From assembly GCA_973895155.1 (NCBI GenBank), contig OZ316892.1, positions 28,774,932 through 28,838,931 on the forward strand: a stretch of DNA of 64,000 nt, read 5' to 3'. How positions within the stretch are numbered: the stretch's first letter is position 1; each line of letters begins with the position of its first letter. This DNA is from Marsupella aquatica (Eukaryota > Plantae > Marchantiophyta). The position numbers and the translations under genes were made by a program. This document shows positions 50,683 through 62,608 of the stretch, piece by piece. The notes beneath the pieces were generated by a model. The model was given only the letters and a program-made list of their open reading frames with translations. It did no database searches and was not told the DNA's origin.

Positions 50683-50790
50683 GGTGTGCTGACGTTATCT
50701 TTTGTACTGGAAAATGTGCGTGATCCCTGTTTTCCCGGTGTGCTGACGTTATCTTTTGTACTGGAAAATGTGCGTGATCCCTGTTTTCCC
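50683..50790. repeat. exact 54-bp tandem duplication
   Basis: ggtgtgctgacgttatcttttgtactggaaaatgtgcgtgatccctgttttccc occurs twice. Confidence 0.95.
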
Positions 50791-51837
50791 CTAAATTGTG
50801 GCCATCAGTTTTGTAGTTTTCAAACGTTCAGAATGTTATGTGCCGGCCCATTCTATGAAATTTACTCGTGTCGAGAGATGAGAATACCTTAGGTACAACA
50901 CTTTGGAAGCGTATTAATACCCTCGGAAGTGACCAAAACACCCTAAAACACAGTGAGATGAGGCCACTCACTACTATGAATTACTGGGCGTCGTCGCCTA
51001 CGCGACCCAAGTGCATCGAAGAGAGGCCCTAAGGTGCCACAATTTCGTGAACCCAAATTAGAACAAGAGTAATTTACAGTGGACGTATAACTGTCCAAAT
51101 TACAACAAGAGTAATTTATAGTAGACGTATAACTGAGATTTATAACATAGTAGACGTATAACTGAGATTTAAGTTATAAACAGGCAGCTCAGAGGGCTCT
51201 AATGTGTGGCAAGAGATACATCATGCATTGTCATCTACTCTGCTTCTGGGTGATCAACTCCATCCAAGGTTGAGAACATACTTAACAGGTATGGACATTT
51301 TGGTGGAATCCGTGATCGCAGCACATTCCACGCACTCAAAACACATGAAAGACTCCAGGTACGCTTACAATAAATACATACTAGAAGGGTTCCGAGAAAG
51401 ATTACCCATTTTTATTGGCCACCAGGTCCACGTAATGAATCATGTTTTGCGGTGTACTTTAATAATGCAAGGTTCGTTGGAAGGGTGTAAGCCTACATCC
51501 TGGAGTTTTGTTGATGTCAGGGAAGGGAAGGGAAGGGAAGGTGGATCCAAAGAGGCACATAGCCGAAAGACTAAAAGCCATCCCCAAGAGAAGGGATTCC
51601 TGGAAGGGACTTATGTGAATAGTCTTCCAGTTTCCACCCTGGGTGGCCGCTTCACCATTGGAACCCTCGACTTTCTGCGTGAGTTCCATCTACGATCCTT
51701 CATCACACCTACTCTAGCCCATTTCCACCTCCATCAGTTGGAGAATCGATTCCGATACTCCAGGTGGGTTTTAAGAGCTTCAACGTAACTTTTCCCCTTC
51801 TAAGGGGGAACAGGTTAGAGATCTAATGAGGTCGACT

Positions 51838-54457
51838 TCATTCAGTGCATTCAGAAGGCAGCCTGCCCATACATGCAGGAGTCCCACAGAAGCAAGGTTT
51901 CCAAGGTTCTGCATTTGTGTCAGCTGAGCCATAGCTGTAACTAAACTCTTCCCCATCTGATATAGTTCTTCTTGCAAAAAGAGCAAGTTTGGGAATGACA
52001 CATCCCGCCGTACGAATCAAGCACGGTACCAAGTTACCACCATCACACGAATGGTTTATAAAGCGGGCCACGTTTCCAATCCTTGTAGCATCCACGTTCA
52101 CCCTTACAGAGACTTGGCCCGATGGTAAGTGCTCCCTTACCGTCAGCAACGCAGAGCCCTGCCAATGCTTCCCATGTTTCTCACTGTCATAAACTTTCTG
52201 TCGTTCCCTGGCGTTGCCAGTCGTTATCAATTCACCTGCAAAGTGCAAAAAGCCACCACATGAGAGACCCTGGTTCAGGGCAAGTATTATCAGTGACCAA
52301 CATCGCCAATTGAAGTGATGGAAATTAATGAAAATTGACCGGGAATTTCAGGACTGTACCACACGGCCTTAACCCTCCCTCATGCCCATATCCAGATGTT
52401 CTAATTGAGCAGCCTCTTAGAACTCTCACTACAGAGGGATGTTCCAAAGTTTGATCTTATCGCGCCGACCCTCGCTCTGATCTATATCTAACGTACCACA
52501 ACATGCCTATTCTCAGAACCAACGAGCAGAACTGGAGATGACTAGACCGTTGATATCTCAGAGAAGAAGGAAGTGAGAAGAGGCGTTCAAAGAGAAAGAG
52601 TTGAGAGAATAACGTACCCGCATATTCACAGACAAACGATCCCTGAGTGATTGCCTGATTAGCACACAGGCCCCACCCCTTGAAGCTGGTTCTCACCACT
52701 TTCGCTCTCACGGCGAGTCCATTTTGCGAAACCCTGTATTTGCACAGATAGCTGCACGAGCAAACTTGCCCACATTCCATCACTAGAGGTGGATCATCCA
52801 TGTTTCCAGTAACTTCCCCGCCGTCCACCGCGTCCTGGTGGAGAACTTGCATGGAGTTCAAATTGTCCTCCACAAGTTTAGGACTTCGGCTACCATCCAG
52901 ACCCTGAGTTACTGCTCTTGAAATCTTCAGTGGGCTCACATTTTGAACGCGCAGTCGCAAGTTGATGTCATAGGCAGGTTCACCTCCCATAAACCGACCA
53001 CATGGACAGAAAGATGCTTTAATAGGAATAGTCTTGCAACAGTGAAGTACGTGTGTAGTTTCCTGCTCGTCGTTTCGGTCAGGCAAAGAGTTAGCAGTGC
53101 CACCCTGGTGGTCCTCTCTTCTCCTCTTGTTCTTCTTCCAGCTGTCGCCGAAGGGTTCACGGTTGTCTAAGTCAGGTTGTCTCCTTGCTACAGAACCACT
53201 GCTCCTCCCTCCTGCCCCGGCCAAATCCTGCACATTATTAATTCTGCATTTTTGGGGACCATCTCATCTGAGTCAACGTGCCTTAAGATCAAACACTCCC
53301 AAACCGTGAAACGGGTTCCTGCCCCTGCAAATACTCATAGATTTCATCTTCTACTGCCCCTGCAAATACTCATAGATTTCATTTTCTACTTTACATTACC
53401 TTACTAGGTATGAATTTGACCTCACAGCTTCCTAATCTGGCTCCTCGTTACTACAAGACAGTTTTGAATTGAAAAATATAAGAGGAAAATACATGGTAGC
53501 CGAAAAATTGGGATGAACGGGGCTGTGCCATCGACAGCAAAACAAAAAAGGTTTTGTCCTCACTCCAGACCTCTGATGCAGCACTTATTGTTAAATACTT
53601 GCTTGGTTATGACATTGCTCTGAAGACCATCTCGATGACTCTGTAAACATGTTGCGCAGTAATAGCCAAGCAACTATTTAACAATGAATACGGCAAAAAG
53701 GCGTCATCCCAAATTCAGCACTTAAAACTCCCAAGAACAAAGCTTGTAACTAGGTGGAGTACCCTATGGACCAACAACAATGACCTTGAAACAGACTCAT
53801 CCCCAACCAACACGAATTAGCTTGACTGTAATCCGTAGCCAAGAACCCGAAAGCCTTTAGAATCGTATGACAAGAAGGCTCATAGCGTGGCCTCCAAACG
53901 CTCAAGGAGGATACGTAAACCAAACCTTGGTCACCTAAAAATTCCGGACTCCGGCCATCAGAAATGCTCTGGCTCACGGTAGAGCAATCACCAGGACACC
54001 TGCAACCGACCCCAGGACCGAGCAACACACTCCCTAACACCATAGCGCCACCAAACTCCGACTCACTCACTCCCTTCTTCCTCGTCTCCGCAACCTCCTC
54101 ACCTCCACCCCAAGGCCCACCAAACGGAAGTCCAGTCGGAGCAGCAACAGCAGAAAGCCGTGAGAACGGCGTGTACTGAAATTTAGGGTAGAGGCAGTCG
54201 TCCACATGATTCTCGATCGGAACTACAATGGTCTCCCATCCCTGAGTCGCGTCTCTAAGCCTATGGCTGGTTATCGATCTCGCAACCTCCGCCATCGCCT
54301 TGCAGGTCCGAGCAAGCTGCCCGACGTCCTGGGCGCTCAGCCACGGCATAACAATTTTGAGCACCATCTCCATACCTACGGGGCAGATCGAGCTGCTGGA
54401 GCTGATCGATGAACTCACTCTTGCAGGAGGCTTCATGCATACCGTGAGATTTTTCAT
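51838..54457 (-). CDS. SUVR3: histone-lysine N-methyltransferase SUVR3-like (pre-SET/SET/post-SET)
   Basis: Exon 1 from ATG 54457 to ~53926: VMPWLSAQDVGQLARTCK...DATQGWE...FQYTP, like the SUVR3 N-terminus. Exon ~53227-52618: MECGQVCSC...RVSQNG...KGWGL...FVCEYAG. Last exon 52235-51838: NVDATRIGNVARFINHSCDGGNL...FSYSYG...CFCGTPACMG. The exon 1-2 junction is not resolved. Confidence 0.88.
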
Positions 54458-56056
54458 CACTCTAGTCCTTTCGCAAGCTAACTAGTGTGGTCATCTGATT
54501 TTTCCACTCTTTCTGTAGCCCCCCTCACTGTTTTCGGTCCAAAGCGTTTCCCTTTGTATTTTGGGGGCAGGTGGCACTCATGGAGTGTTGAGAAGACTCT
54601 CGTTAGCAAATATTTTGCACCGTTATATTATGACCATTAGACCTATGTATGGTTGGATCCAGAGGTTGATTTTGGCAGATAGTCACTAAATTTCAATTGG
54701 TTGCAAATGTGCTAGATTTCCATTGAATCAAAACTTACACCAGTCCCAACAATAGGGAGTCTCAAGGTTCTCCTGTAACACTTTGGTTATGGCTTTAATT
54801 TTTTGGACGTACCTTATGGGGTATGGTAACCCAATCATAACAATTTTATCCTGGCTGTAAGTGTGTTTTATGTCCTGAACCTTAACTCAAATACAACTGT
54901 GCTTTGACACGGCCCTAATAACCCCTTGCTAGCATGGCCACAAGGTTCCAAGTATAAGATAACTACGGTCTGGACGACTGTTACCACGGTGTAGAGGGTC
55001 AACCGGGATCTGACAGGACCTCGACCCGCGTCAGCCAGGAGAGGTCCTGGAGGAACCGGGGAGAGCCAGTACACCCAAATGACTGCCGAGATCGTAGTTA
55101 ACATACGTAGTTTTGGGCTGGTGCATTGGCTACCGGCTAGCATCAGTTTGGCCAAACTAAGAGAAGGAAGATCGATAGGATCCCTAAATGGTCGAAAGTG
55201 AACAAGAGGCGGGCGTGGGCCATCATTTGTCTGTTTGTCAAGTTTTGATTTGAGTTCATGCAGACAAGAAGCAACACTTTCTTTATATAGATTATTAATT
55301 GGTTTAATATAGTTTTTCAAGAATCTGTGCAGGGGTTGCATTGAGGATTTGAATGTGCTCAAGGGAATGTTAGTTCAAACTGGATCGCAAGATAGTTGGT
55401 GATGGCACTAGCTCCATCATTGGACAAGTTGGCAAGTTGCAGCAAACCCGATTGCGAGGATTGAGGAGTCAAATCTTGCAACTACGGGGTACCTCTGCAA
55501 GTTGCAACAGAATCCGTTTGAATTCTAGGCTTCAAATTATGTTTTAAGCTTATGTGGTTGTTCGCTGCTATTTGAGATGACTATCCAAGAAGAATGTTTA
55601 GTCTTTTTATGTCATCACAGAGTCTATTGAGTTTGTCATGCAGGAAGTGATATTGAATCCATCAGCATGGCAAAAGTGAGTGGTGGAATAGACATTCAGG
55701 AAGTTTGTGAGGTCAGTGAGATGGTTGAAGAGCATTTAAGTGACGGAGGGTCTGCAGGTGTTCCTGAGTGGAGTGGGGACAAGAGTGAGTTTTTATTCTT
55801 AAAAGACCTTGCTGGCAAGGAGAATCAATACATTGAAGTAAAAATCAACAATCACTCACTTCTTCTTACGGATGCCAGAAGCGCCTTGCACTTTACTGCA
55901 TCATTTGAATGGAATTCGTGGAGGGCAGGAACTCTACAAGCTTCACCGAAATGATCTCACAGAGAGGGTTGTTTGTATGCTCCTGGTAAGTTGTTATGTG
56001 TTGACATGATCTGATTTGAATCTGTCTCTATGTATCTTTGTCACTATTTGGTGCAG

Positions 56057-56714
56057 ATATCAGGAGCAAACCTCTAAAAATAATGCATATTCGTTAAAGA
56101 AATATAAGGAGAAGCAATTTTGCAAAACTTACTACAATTATAAGCAGATTTTGTCCTCACAATGAAGAAATATCATCATCATAATTATGGAACCTGAAGG
56201 GGAGTGCAGCAAACCTGACCTATATATGCAAGCTATTTGTAATCCTGCTGGGAACATGTGGTATAATAAAGTTCATAAAGTGTCTCGAGACACATCAGGT
56301 AAGTGGCTAAAGAATATGTTTATGTTAGTGGGACTACCAGGAGATTTATTTTCAAATCGTAGTGAAAGGAGTACGCTCATAACTAGGATGGCTACCATGG
56401 GCATCCCTGAGATTGGCATGCTGATGACTGGCCATCACACCACTGGAGTTTATTCAAGATACTATTGAACTCAAGCTTTGAAAATGGAGGCTGCTACACT
56501 CGATCGTATTATGCTAAATCCTGGTTTGGATTATGAAAAGGCATTGGCTCATGTGAGAAAGCAATTTGTGGCTGAGGAGCTTGTGGGGTCGACTGTGGGA
56601 CTGAAGCCTCTAATTGATAGACTCAGTAACAAATCTAATCTCCATGTAACTCTGACGAATGGAAGGGAGGTGAGTCACATTTCTTCCGTGCAGTTTTCAT
56701 TCTTATTTTCTTGA
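56057..56714 (+). mobile_element. degenerate Crypton-like (DUF3504-type) tyrosine recombinase
   Basis: YQEQTSKN at ~56059-56085; WYNKVHKVS...KWLKNMFMLVGLPGDLFSNRSERSTLITRMATMGIPE...MTGHH...YSRY resembles the YR C-terminal motifs (FxNHSxRxT...TGH...Y). An in-frame TGA at 56466 is followed in the same frame by TQALKMEAA... Confidence 0.65.
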
Positions 56715-56799
56715 CAGGTTTCAGTGACGGAAGTAATCTGTCATTAACTCGGTCATTAATTTATGGTGGTTTGTGTTTGCAGCAGTCCACTAAGTCAAG

Positions 56800-57965
56800 T
56801 ACTTCCGAGCTATTGGATTTGAGCAATGTATCGGACCAGATTGCTTTTACTACGAAGGTGTAGATTGGGAAGGCAAAATTGCCAAGAGGGATCCAAATAT
56901 GTACAAACGAGGAGAGACAAGGTTGGAGAACGTTGAGCGAGAGACACGAGAACCTGCGTGGATTCACATTGGAACACCGAATTCTGGGAAGGAAATTCAT
57001 GAATGCACTGTTGAGCATCAGGCATTATGTATGGGGCTATGAGCCTGGTCCTAGATGTTGGTGTTGGGCAGACTGTCCGGATCCATTGAAGAGTTTTGGA
57101 ATTCAGAATAGAAAAGCTTATAGGATGATTTGGACTGAGTGCAACAACAACCCCAGTCTGAACCGGACGTGGGGGATATCCAGGACAGCGGGGGATTGGA
57201 ATGGTATATGGAGATCTGGTTTGACTGTGAGAGCTAAGACCTTTCTGTGGAGGGTAATTGCATCTGGTTTGTTCACTAGAGTGGGGGCGATAAAGATAGG
57301 AAAAGGAAGTGGTGAGTGCAAGCTGTGCCCCGGGATTTTAGAATCCATTGCCCATCTCTTCATTGATTGTGCACATGCACAAAAATGTTGGGCTTTGTGC
57401 TGGGTGTTTTGATGGTACACTTGCGGATCACTCGGGTGGTCTGATTGGGATGATCAAGTCTACTATTGGAAGGAATCCTTGTAAGGTAGTGAAGTTGTTT
57501 ATGCTCAGATACTTAGGACGTTGTGGAATGGCAGGAACGAGCACATGTTCAAGATAGAGGGAACCAGGAAGCTGGACCTATGCTTAATGCTATCTGAAGT
57601 GGCGGATCATGTCTCAGCGGTGATACTCACCTTACCGGCTTGCAATAAAAGAACGAGGTTACTTAGGGCCAAGGAGATGATTAATAGGGAAAGGATGCTA
57701 TGGATTAACCGAAGGGATATCAGGATCACTTCGGGCTAGAAGGCGATTATACCTAATGATGTTGGCTTGTTGATGATGACTGAGGGTTTTGTCTGTCAAT
57801 TAGGCACACTGATAGGAAGATGGGCTGCCCCAGGGAGTACTCGGGGGCTAGGGACACTTGCACCATTTGCTCCTTGGAGAACTTGCGTCCCCTTTTGTGA
57901 TCCTTTTGATTCTGCTTGTTACCCTTGCCACTGGGCATTTGTGGTTCAAATATATAAAACTAAAA
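56800..57965 (+). mobile_element. non-LTR retrotransposon (L1-like) ORF2 3' remnant, 5'-truncated and frameshifted
   Basis: zf-RVT: WNGIWRSGLTVRAKTFLWRV...CKLCPGILESIAHLFIDC...W, then WNGRNEHMF in another frame; A-rich end at ~57945-57965. Confidence 0.85.
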
Positions 57966-59185
57966 TGGTTTTAAGGAAATATGTACAAGCGAATGTTGTA
58001 GCCATGCAAGAGGCAAAAAGTATCTGTGGGGAATAATGACAGGGAATTCTTTCCACAACTACAACATTACATTCAAGATTTTGCATCCAGGCATTGACAA
58101 GGAGAAATAGAACATAGGATCGACATAGTCAACTTCAATAAATAGTTGACAGATTTTAGTTTATAAGATTCTAATAGAAATCCACCTTACTAGTTATTCA
58201 TTCCATTTTCTTCCAATGGATTCACAACATTTACATTTGTTTAATTGTTTGGATCACTTCACTCCAAGATTTTGGAGTATTATATATTTGGTGCTGATAA
58301 AAAATGATCCCCTTTCAGTAAATTGAAGAATGTTTTATGAAATGTGTCAAAAGTGTCGAACAGCTCTTTGCAGTTTCTTGCTGTCTTCTGGAAAGAGTGA
58401 CCCACAAAAAGAACCCTATGGATGACGACACAATACCCATAAGGACAAAAAGCTCATTTTCAGGTATGATCGATGTTCCCTCTTACCACAAAAAGTGGTC
58501 ATCTCCCAGGGATGACAAATGTTCCACTCTAGCACCAACAGCTGGAAAATTGGATGGAAGTAAGATTCAAAATCCCAACATAATAAGTTTCCATCCAACC
58601 ATTTTCCGTAGGAAGATTTATAGGTTTATGTTGCATGATTACATCCATGGATTATGGCTGCCAAGTGTGTCAGGCCAAGAAGTTCGAGAATGGAGGGCAT
58701 CAGCAAAAAAGTTTACACATTGGTAGCCAATACACCAACTTGAAACTACATCCCTTAAATGGAATTTATTAGGGTATTTATTGAGAAGAATGCACAGCCA
58801 GATTTTGATTGGCTCATATGAGCATTCCTTTATTTCTGCAGTACCTAATTAGTAAACATAGAAGTATTTTAGGCTTTTAACTGTATGAAAGTGTTGTTAA
58901 CACAACATTATGAGCAACAACAGCACCTATTTTCACTAAAATTAATAAAATAAAAATACCTTGGGCCTCCAAGTTTGTGAAGGTACTTCAGAACATTATA
59001 AGCAATAATGGCACCTCAAGCCGAAGCTCTCAATTTTGGGCACATTACAGCACACAACACCTTACAAACATGACTTTACTACCCCATTGCTAGCTTGGCC
59101 AGGGTATCCAAGTCTCATAATTCTTATCCAGCCTTGCACACCTCAAAATTTTAACATCATGCACAAAAAAAGAGTGTTAACTAAG

Positions 59186-59540
59186 TGTTAGACTTACTAA
59201 CCCATGGCCTGATTAGGGCCATATATAGTTGAGTATGTTCTTGTGTATTACAGTCCATAACCCCCTCCAGGCCACGGGTTACCCTACACATAACAAGTCA
59301 TATGGGAAAGTATCGCCAAACAAAGCACATCAGGGTATCGCAAAGCTCAACAATGTCAGGACAACATCCTCCTATAACTCAAGAATCATGGGAATTCCGA
59401 TGGAAGTTGTAAGAGCTGATCTTTGGCCACCGTAATTAGACCCCATGGGGTCAACACCTAACCAATAACCTTAACAAGTTTCCCACAACTTTAAGAATGA
59501 ATCCAGAAATCCAAAAGTGACAATTTACAACACTCTCTCC
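59186..59540 (-). mobile_element. putative LTR with adjacent polypurine tract
   Basis: Minus strand reads ggagagag (PPT-like) then TGTTGTAAA..., a TATA-like ctatatat near 59222-59229, and a ...CTAACA end at 59186. No partner LTR seen. Confidence 0.4.
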
Positions 59541-59736
59541 ACATGGAGAATGAAGCCCAACCCCGGAGAACATGACATTTTCATCAATTCAAGGATGGAA
59601 TAAACCAATCCATCTGTCCATCTATCACAATCTACGACATGAGAGAGCAGGTAAGCCACGGAATTGAAAGTGGCATAGAGCTCAAGCACCTAGTTCAATT
59701 TGTCACAACAAGTTTTCCATAGCAGGTTTTGCATTC

Positions 59737-60765
59737 CTTTGAGGAAGAAAGAGAACAAGAGTATATCTGCAGAATTTGGTGGCCAAGAGACCTCCTGAAG
59801 ATTGATGGACTTGCTATAGTTAAGACCTCAACTATTCACAGAAGTGCAGCACATGGGATGCTTCTTCTAGAGCCTGTCTTGGACTTCAGAGAATGTAAGC
59901 CCACCATCCTTTAAGGAAGAACGAGAACAAGAGGAGATCTGCAAAATTTGGGGGCCAAGGACCTCCTGAAGATTGATGGAGTTGCTGTAGTTAAGACCTC
60001 AACTGTTCATAGAAGTGCAACACATGGGACGCTTCTTCTAGAGCCTGTCTTGGACTTCAGAGAATGTAAGCCCACCATCCTTTGAGGAAGAAAGAGAATA
60101 AGAGTATATTTGCAGAATTTTGGGGCCAAGGACCTCCTGAAGATTGATGGACTTGCTGTAGTTAAGACCTCAACTGTTCATAGAAGTGTAGCACATGGGA
60201 TGCTTCTTCTAGAGCTTGTCATGGACCTCAAAGAATGTAAGCCCACCATCCTTTGAGGACGAAAGAGAACAAGAGGAGATTTGCAGAATTGGGGCCAAGA
60301 GACTTCCTAAAGATTGATGGACTTGCTGTAACTAAGACCTCAATTGTTCATAGAAGTGCAGCACATGGGATGCTTCTTCTAGAGCTTGTCTTGGACTTCA
60401 GAGAATGTCAGCCCACCATCCATTGAGGAAGAAAGAGAACAAGAGGAGATCTGTAGAATTTGGGGGCCAAGAGACCTCCTAAAGATTGATGGACTTGCTG
60501 TAGTTAAGACCTCAATTGTTCATAGAAGTGCAGCACATGGGATGCTTCTTCTAGAGCTTGTCTTGGACTTCAGAGAATGTAAGCCCACCATCCATTGAGG
60601 AAGAAAGAGAACAAGAGGAGATCTGCAGAATTTGGGGGCCAAGAGACCTCCTGAAGATTAATGGAGTTGCTATAGTTAAGACCTAAGCTGTTCACACAAG
60701 TGCAGCACAAGGGATGCTCCTTCTAGAGCTTGTCTTGAACTTCAGAGAATGTAAGCCCAGCCCAC
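59737..60765. repeat. tandem array, ~171-172-bp unit x6
   Basis: tttgaggaagaaagagaacaagag...gacctcctgaagattgatgga...cacatgggatgcttcttctagagc...ttcagagaatgtaagcccaccatcc starts at ~59737, 59910, 60080, 60251, 60421 and 60593. Confidence 0.97.
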
Positions 60766-61074
60766 CACTAACTCCTGGAAAGATGGGAAAATGGCCAATG
60801 GGTCATTGGCAAATAGAATGGAGGGGGTGATTTTAGGGTAGTCTTGTTTACATACATACTAGTTTAGTCATAATTATATGTCATTATGGCCACACCAAAT
60901 ATTTGTACATATTCCAGCTTTTGACTCATAGTCCCTCCACTATGTCAATGAAATCTAACATGCATGTACTACCTCCCTTAAAAGCATTAAAGCCTACTTG
61001 GTTCATCTCTTCATGACATAATTTAATTTAATATAAGGTGTAATCCGTGAAACCTCAAGGAAGCGGAGGCAACA

Positions 61075-61140
61075 GAAGCCAGTTACAAGGTTTGAACCCA
61101 AGACATATGAGTCCCTACTCAACTGAGCTACCACACAGCC
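61075..61140 (-). mobile_element. tRNA-derived SINE head or tRNA pseudogene
   Basis: Minus strand ggctgtgtggTAGCTCAGTTGAGtagggactcatatgtcttgGGTTCAAACCttgtaactggc has an A box and a B box, but the spacing is too short for an anticodon arm and there is no acceptor stem. Confidence 0.6.
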
Positions 61141-62225
61141 ATGCTTGCTTTGATGGCTGAATAGTGAATCTACTAAGCATGGTAGTGATAAAGATAACTA
61201 TGTAAATTATTGTTCATAGTATTCAAATACTTCATCCACATTTACATGCCATTCTAGCCATATCTAATCTTTGTACTCACATCAATATAGTGAAACCCAT
61301 TCAAAGACATCTTTGTTCCTTCATGATGCTCAATGAAATCAAACTTTTAATTGCTTTAGCAGATGTAAGGTCAGGGTCTTCAAAGTGATTATTTCACTTG
61401 CAATGACATTAGTTACTTTATAAAAGGCATGTATTAGAGAATATACATGAGAGTATATAACTTTAGCTTACCTCCTATGTTCTTGAAACTTTAAAATTAT
61501 CCAACCCAAAGATATCTATTTTTACTCTCGCATGGTTCCTACAGATTTTAGAATTTGACCACCCTAATAAAAAGGGTGTTTCTTGCAAATGTACTCAACA
61601 TGACATTATTCAGTGCAACCAAAAATCACTTCAAATCTTGTAACTTTTCTCCTTGTAATTTTTAGGGCATTCTTGTGGAATATTGCACAGTCAAGATTTG
61701 GATCAGCTCAATTTGAAAATTCTTATCTACTTTTACTGAAATTAGTAAGAATAACAAATCTTTTAGGCCTTTAAATGTATTAAGGTCTTGTTACCAGAGC
61801 AGTTGTGGTATCAACATTGTGAACATTTTAGGGTGGCTTTACAAGAACTTGGGGGAAGCCATTCCTTTTTTTTCTATGTGTGAGATGCAATCCTAGTCAT
61901 TCATATGTGAGAACAGGCCACACTTCACTTTACATAAACTTGAGGGCACAACCAAACAAATTCATTACAGAACTTAGTCATTTGTCAATGGGACCCTTGT
62001 GGGTCCTTTTTTTGTGATGTGTGCATGCTTTTTGTCAAAAAACTTAGACCTCCTGATTAGTGGTCTAAAAAACTTGAGCAAAGGGCCGCTTCTTTTTCAA
62101 GGAATTGCATTTCGTACTTTCATACCTTACACATTATTTTTGGTTCAGGCATTTTAACTTTTGTGCGTGGAAGTGGTCATCAGCTTTGCTCTGGATGGAG
62201 AGACACTGAACTGCCTGCACCACAT

Positions 62226-62608
62226 TGTAAAGCCCCCCTTAGCCCAAGGTGATGGGGACCCACCTTGTGAACTGGTGGCTTTGTTGGGAAAACCCCAAAA
62301 AAATCAGGACACAATAAACAAGCATGCACACATACCGAGATACATGGTTCACCTTAGTCAAGGCTACATCCATGGGAACACAAAGGGGCTTTACTAAGTT
62401 TTGACCACCATGGCCACACAAAGCCTTGTAGCTCTCCTCCTAGCACCTAGCTAACTCTCTCAGCAATGACCACGACTCTCCAAGAAGAGCTCTCCCAAAC
62501 CCCTCTATATGCTAGATGCAAGAGTCATGGCTAATCACCATTAACACCCTAATGGAGATTTAGCCTAAGTAACAAGAAGTTAACCTGAGACTAGAGTTAA
62601 CCCTAACA
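62226..62608 (-). mobile_element. putative solo LTR
   Basis: TG...CA termini (tgtaaagccccc...ccctaaca), ~383 bp, TATA-like motif on the minus strand at ~62505-62512. No TSD seen. Confidence 0.4.

Noticed and set aside
51060-51175. Short 23-41-bp duplications (gacgtataactg units)
   Set aside because: Real, but ordinary slippage repeats between convergent 3' ends.
51204-51788. 194-aa plus-strand ORF
   Set aside because: GTG start, antisense to the SUVR3 3' region, no recognisable homology.
59729-60598. Repeated peptide EEEREQE...CKPTI as a repeat protein
   Set aside because: Units are 171-172 bp with frame-breaking indels and stops; this is a non-coding tandem array.
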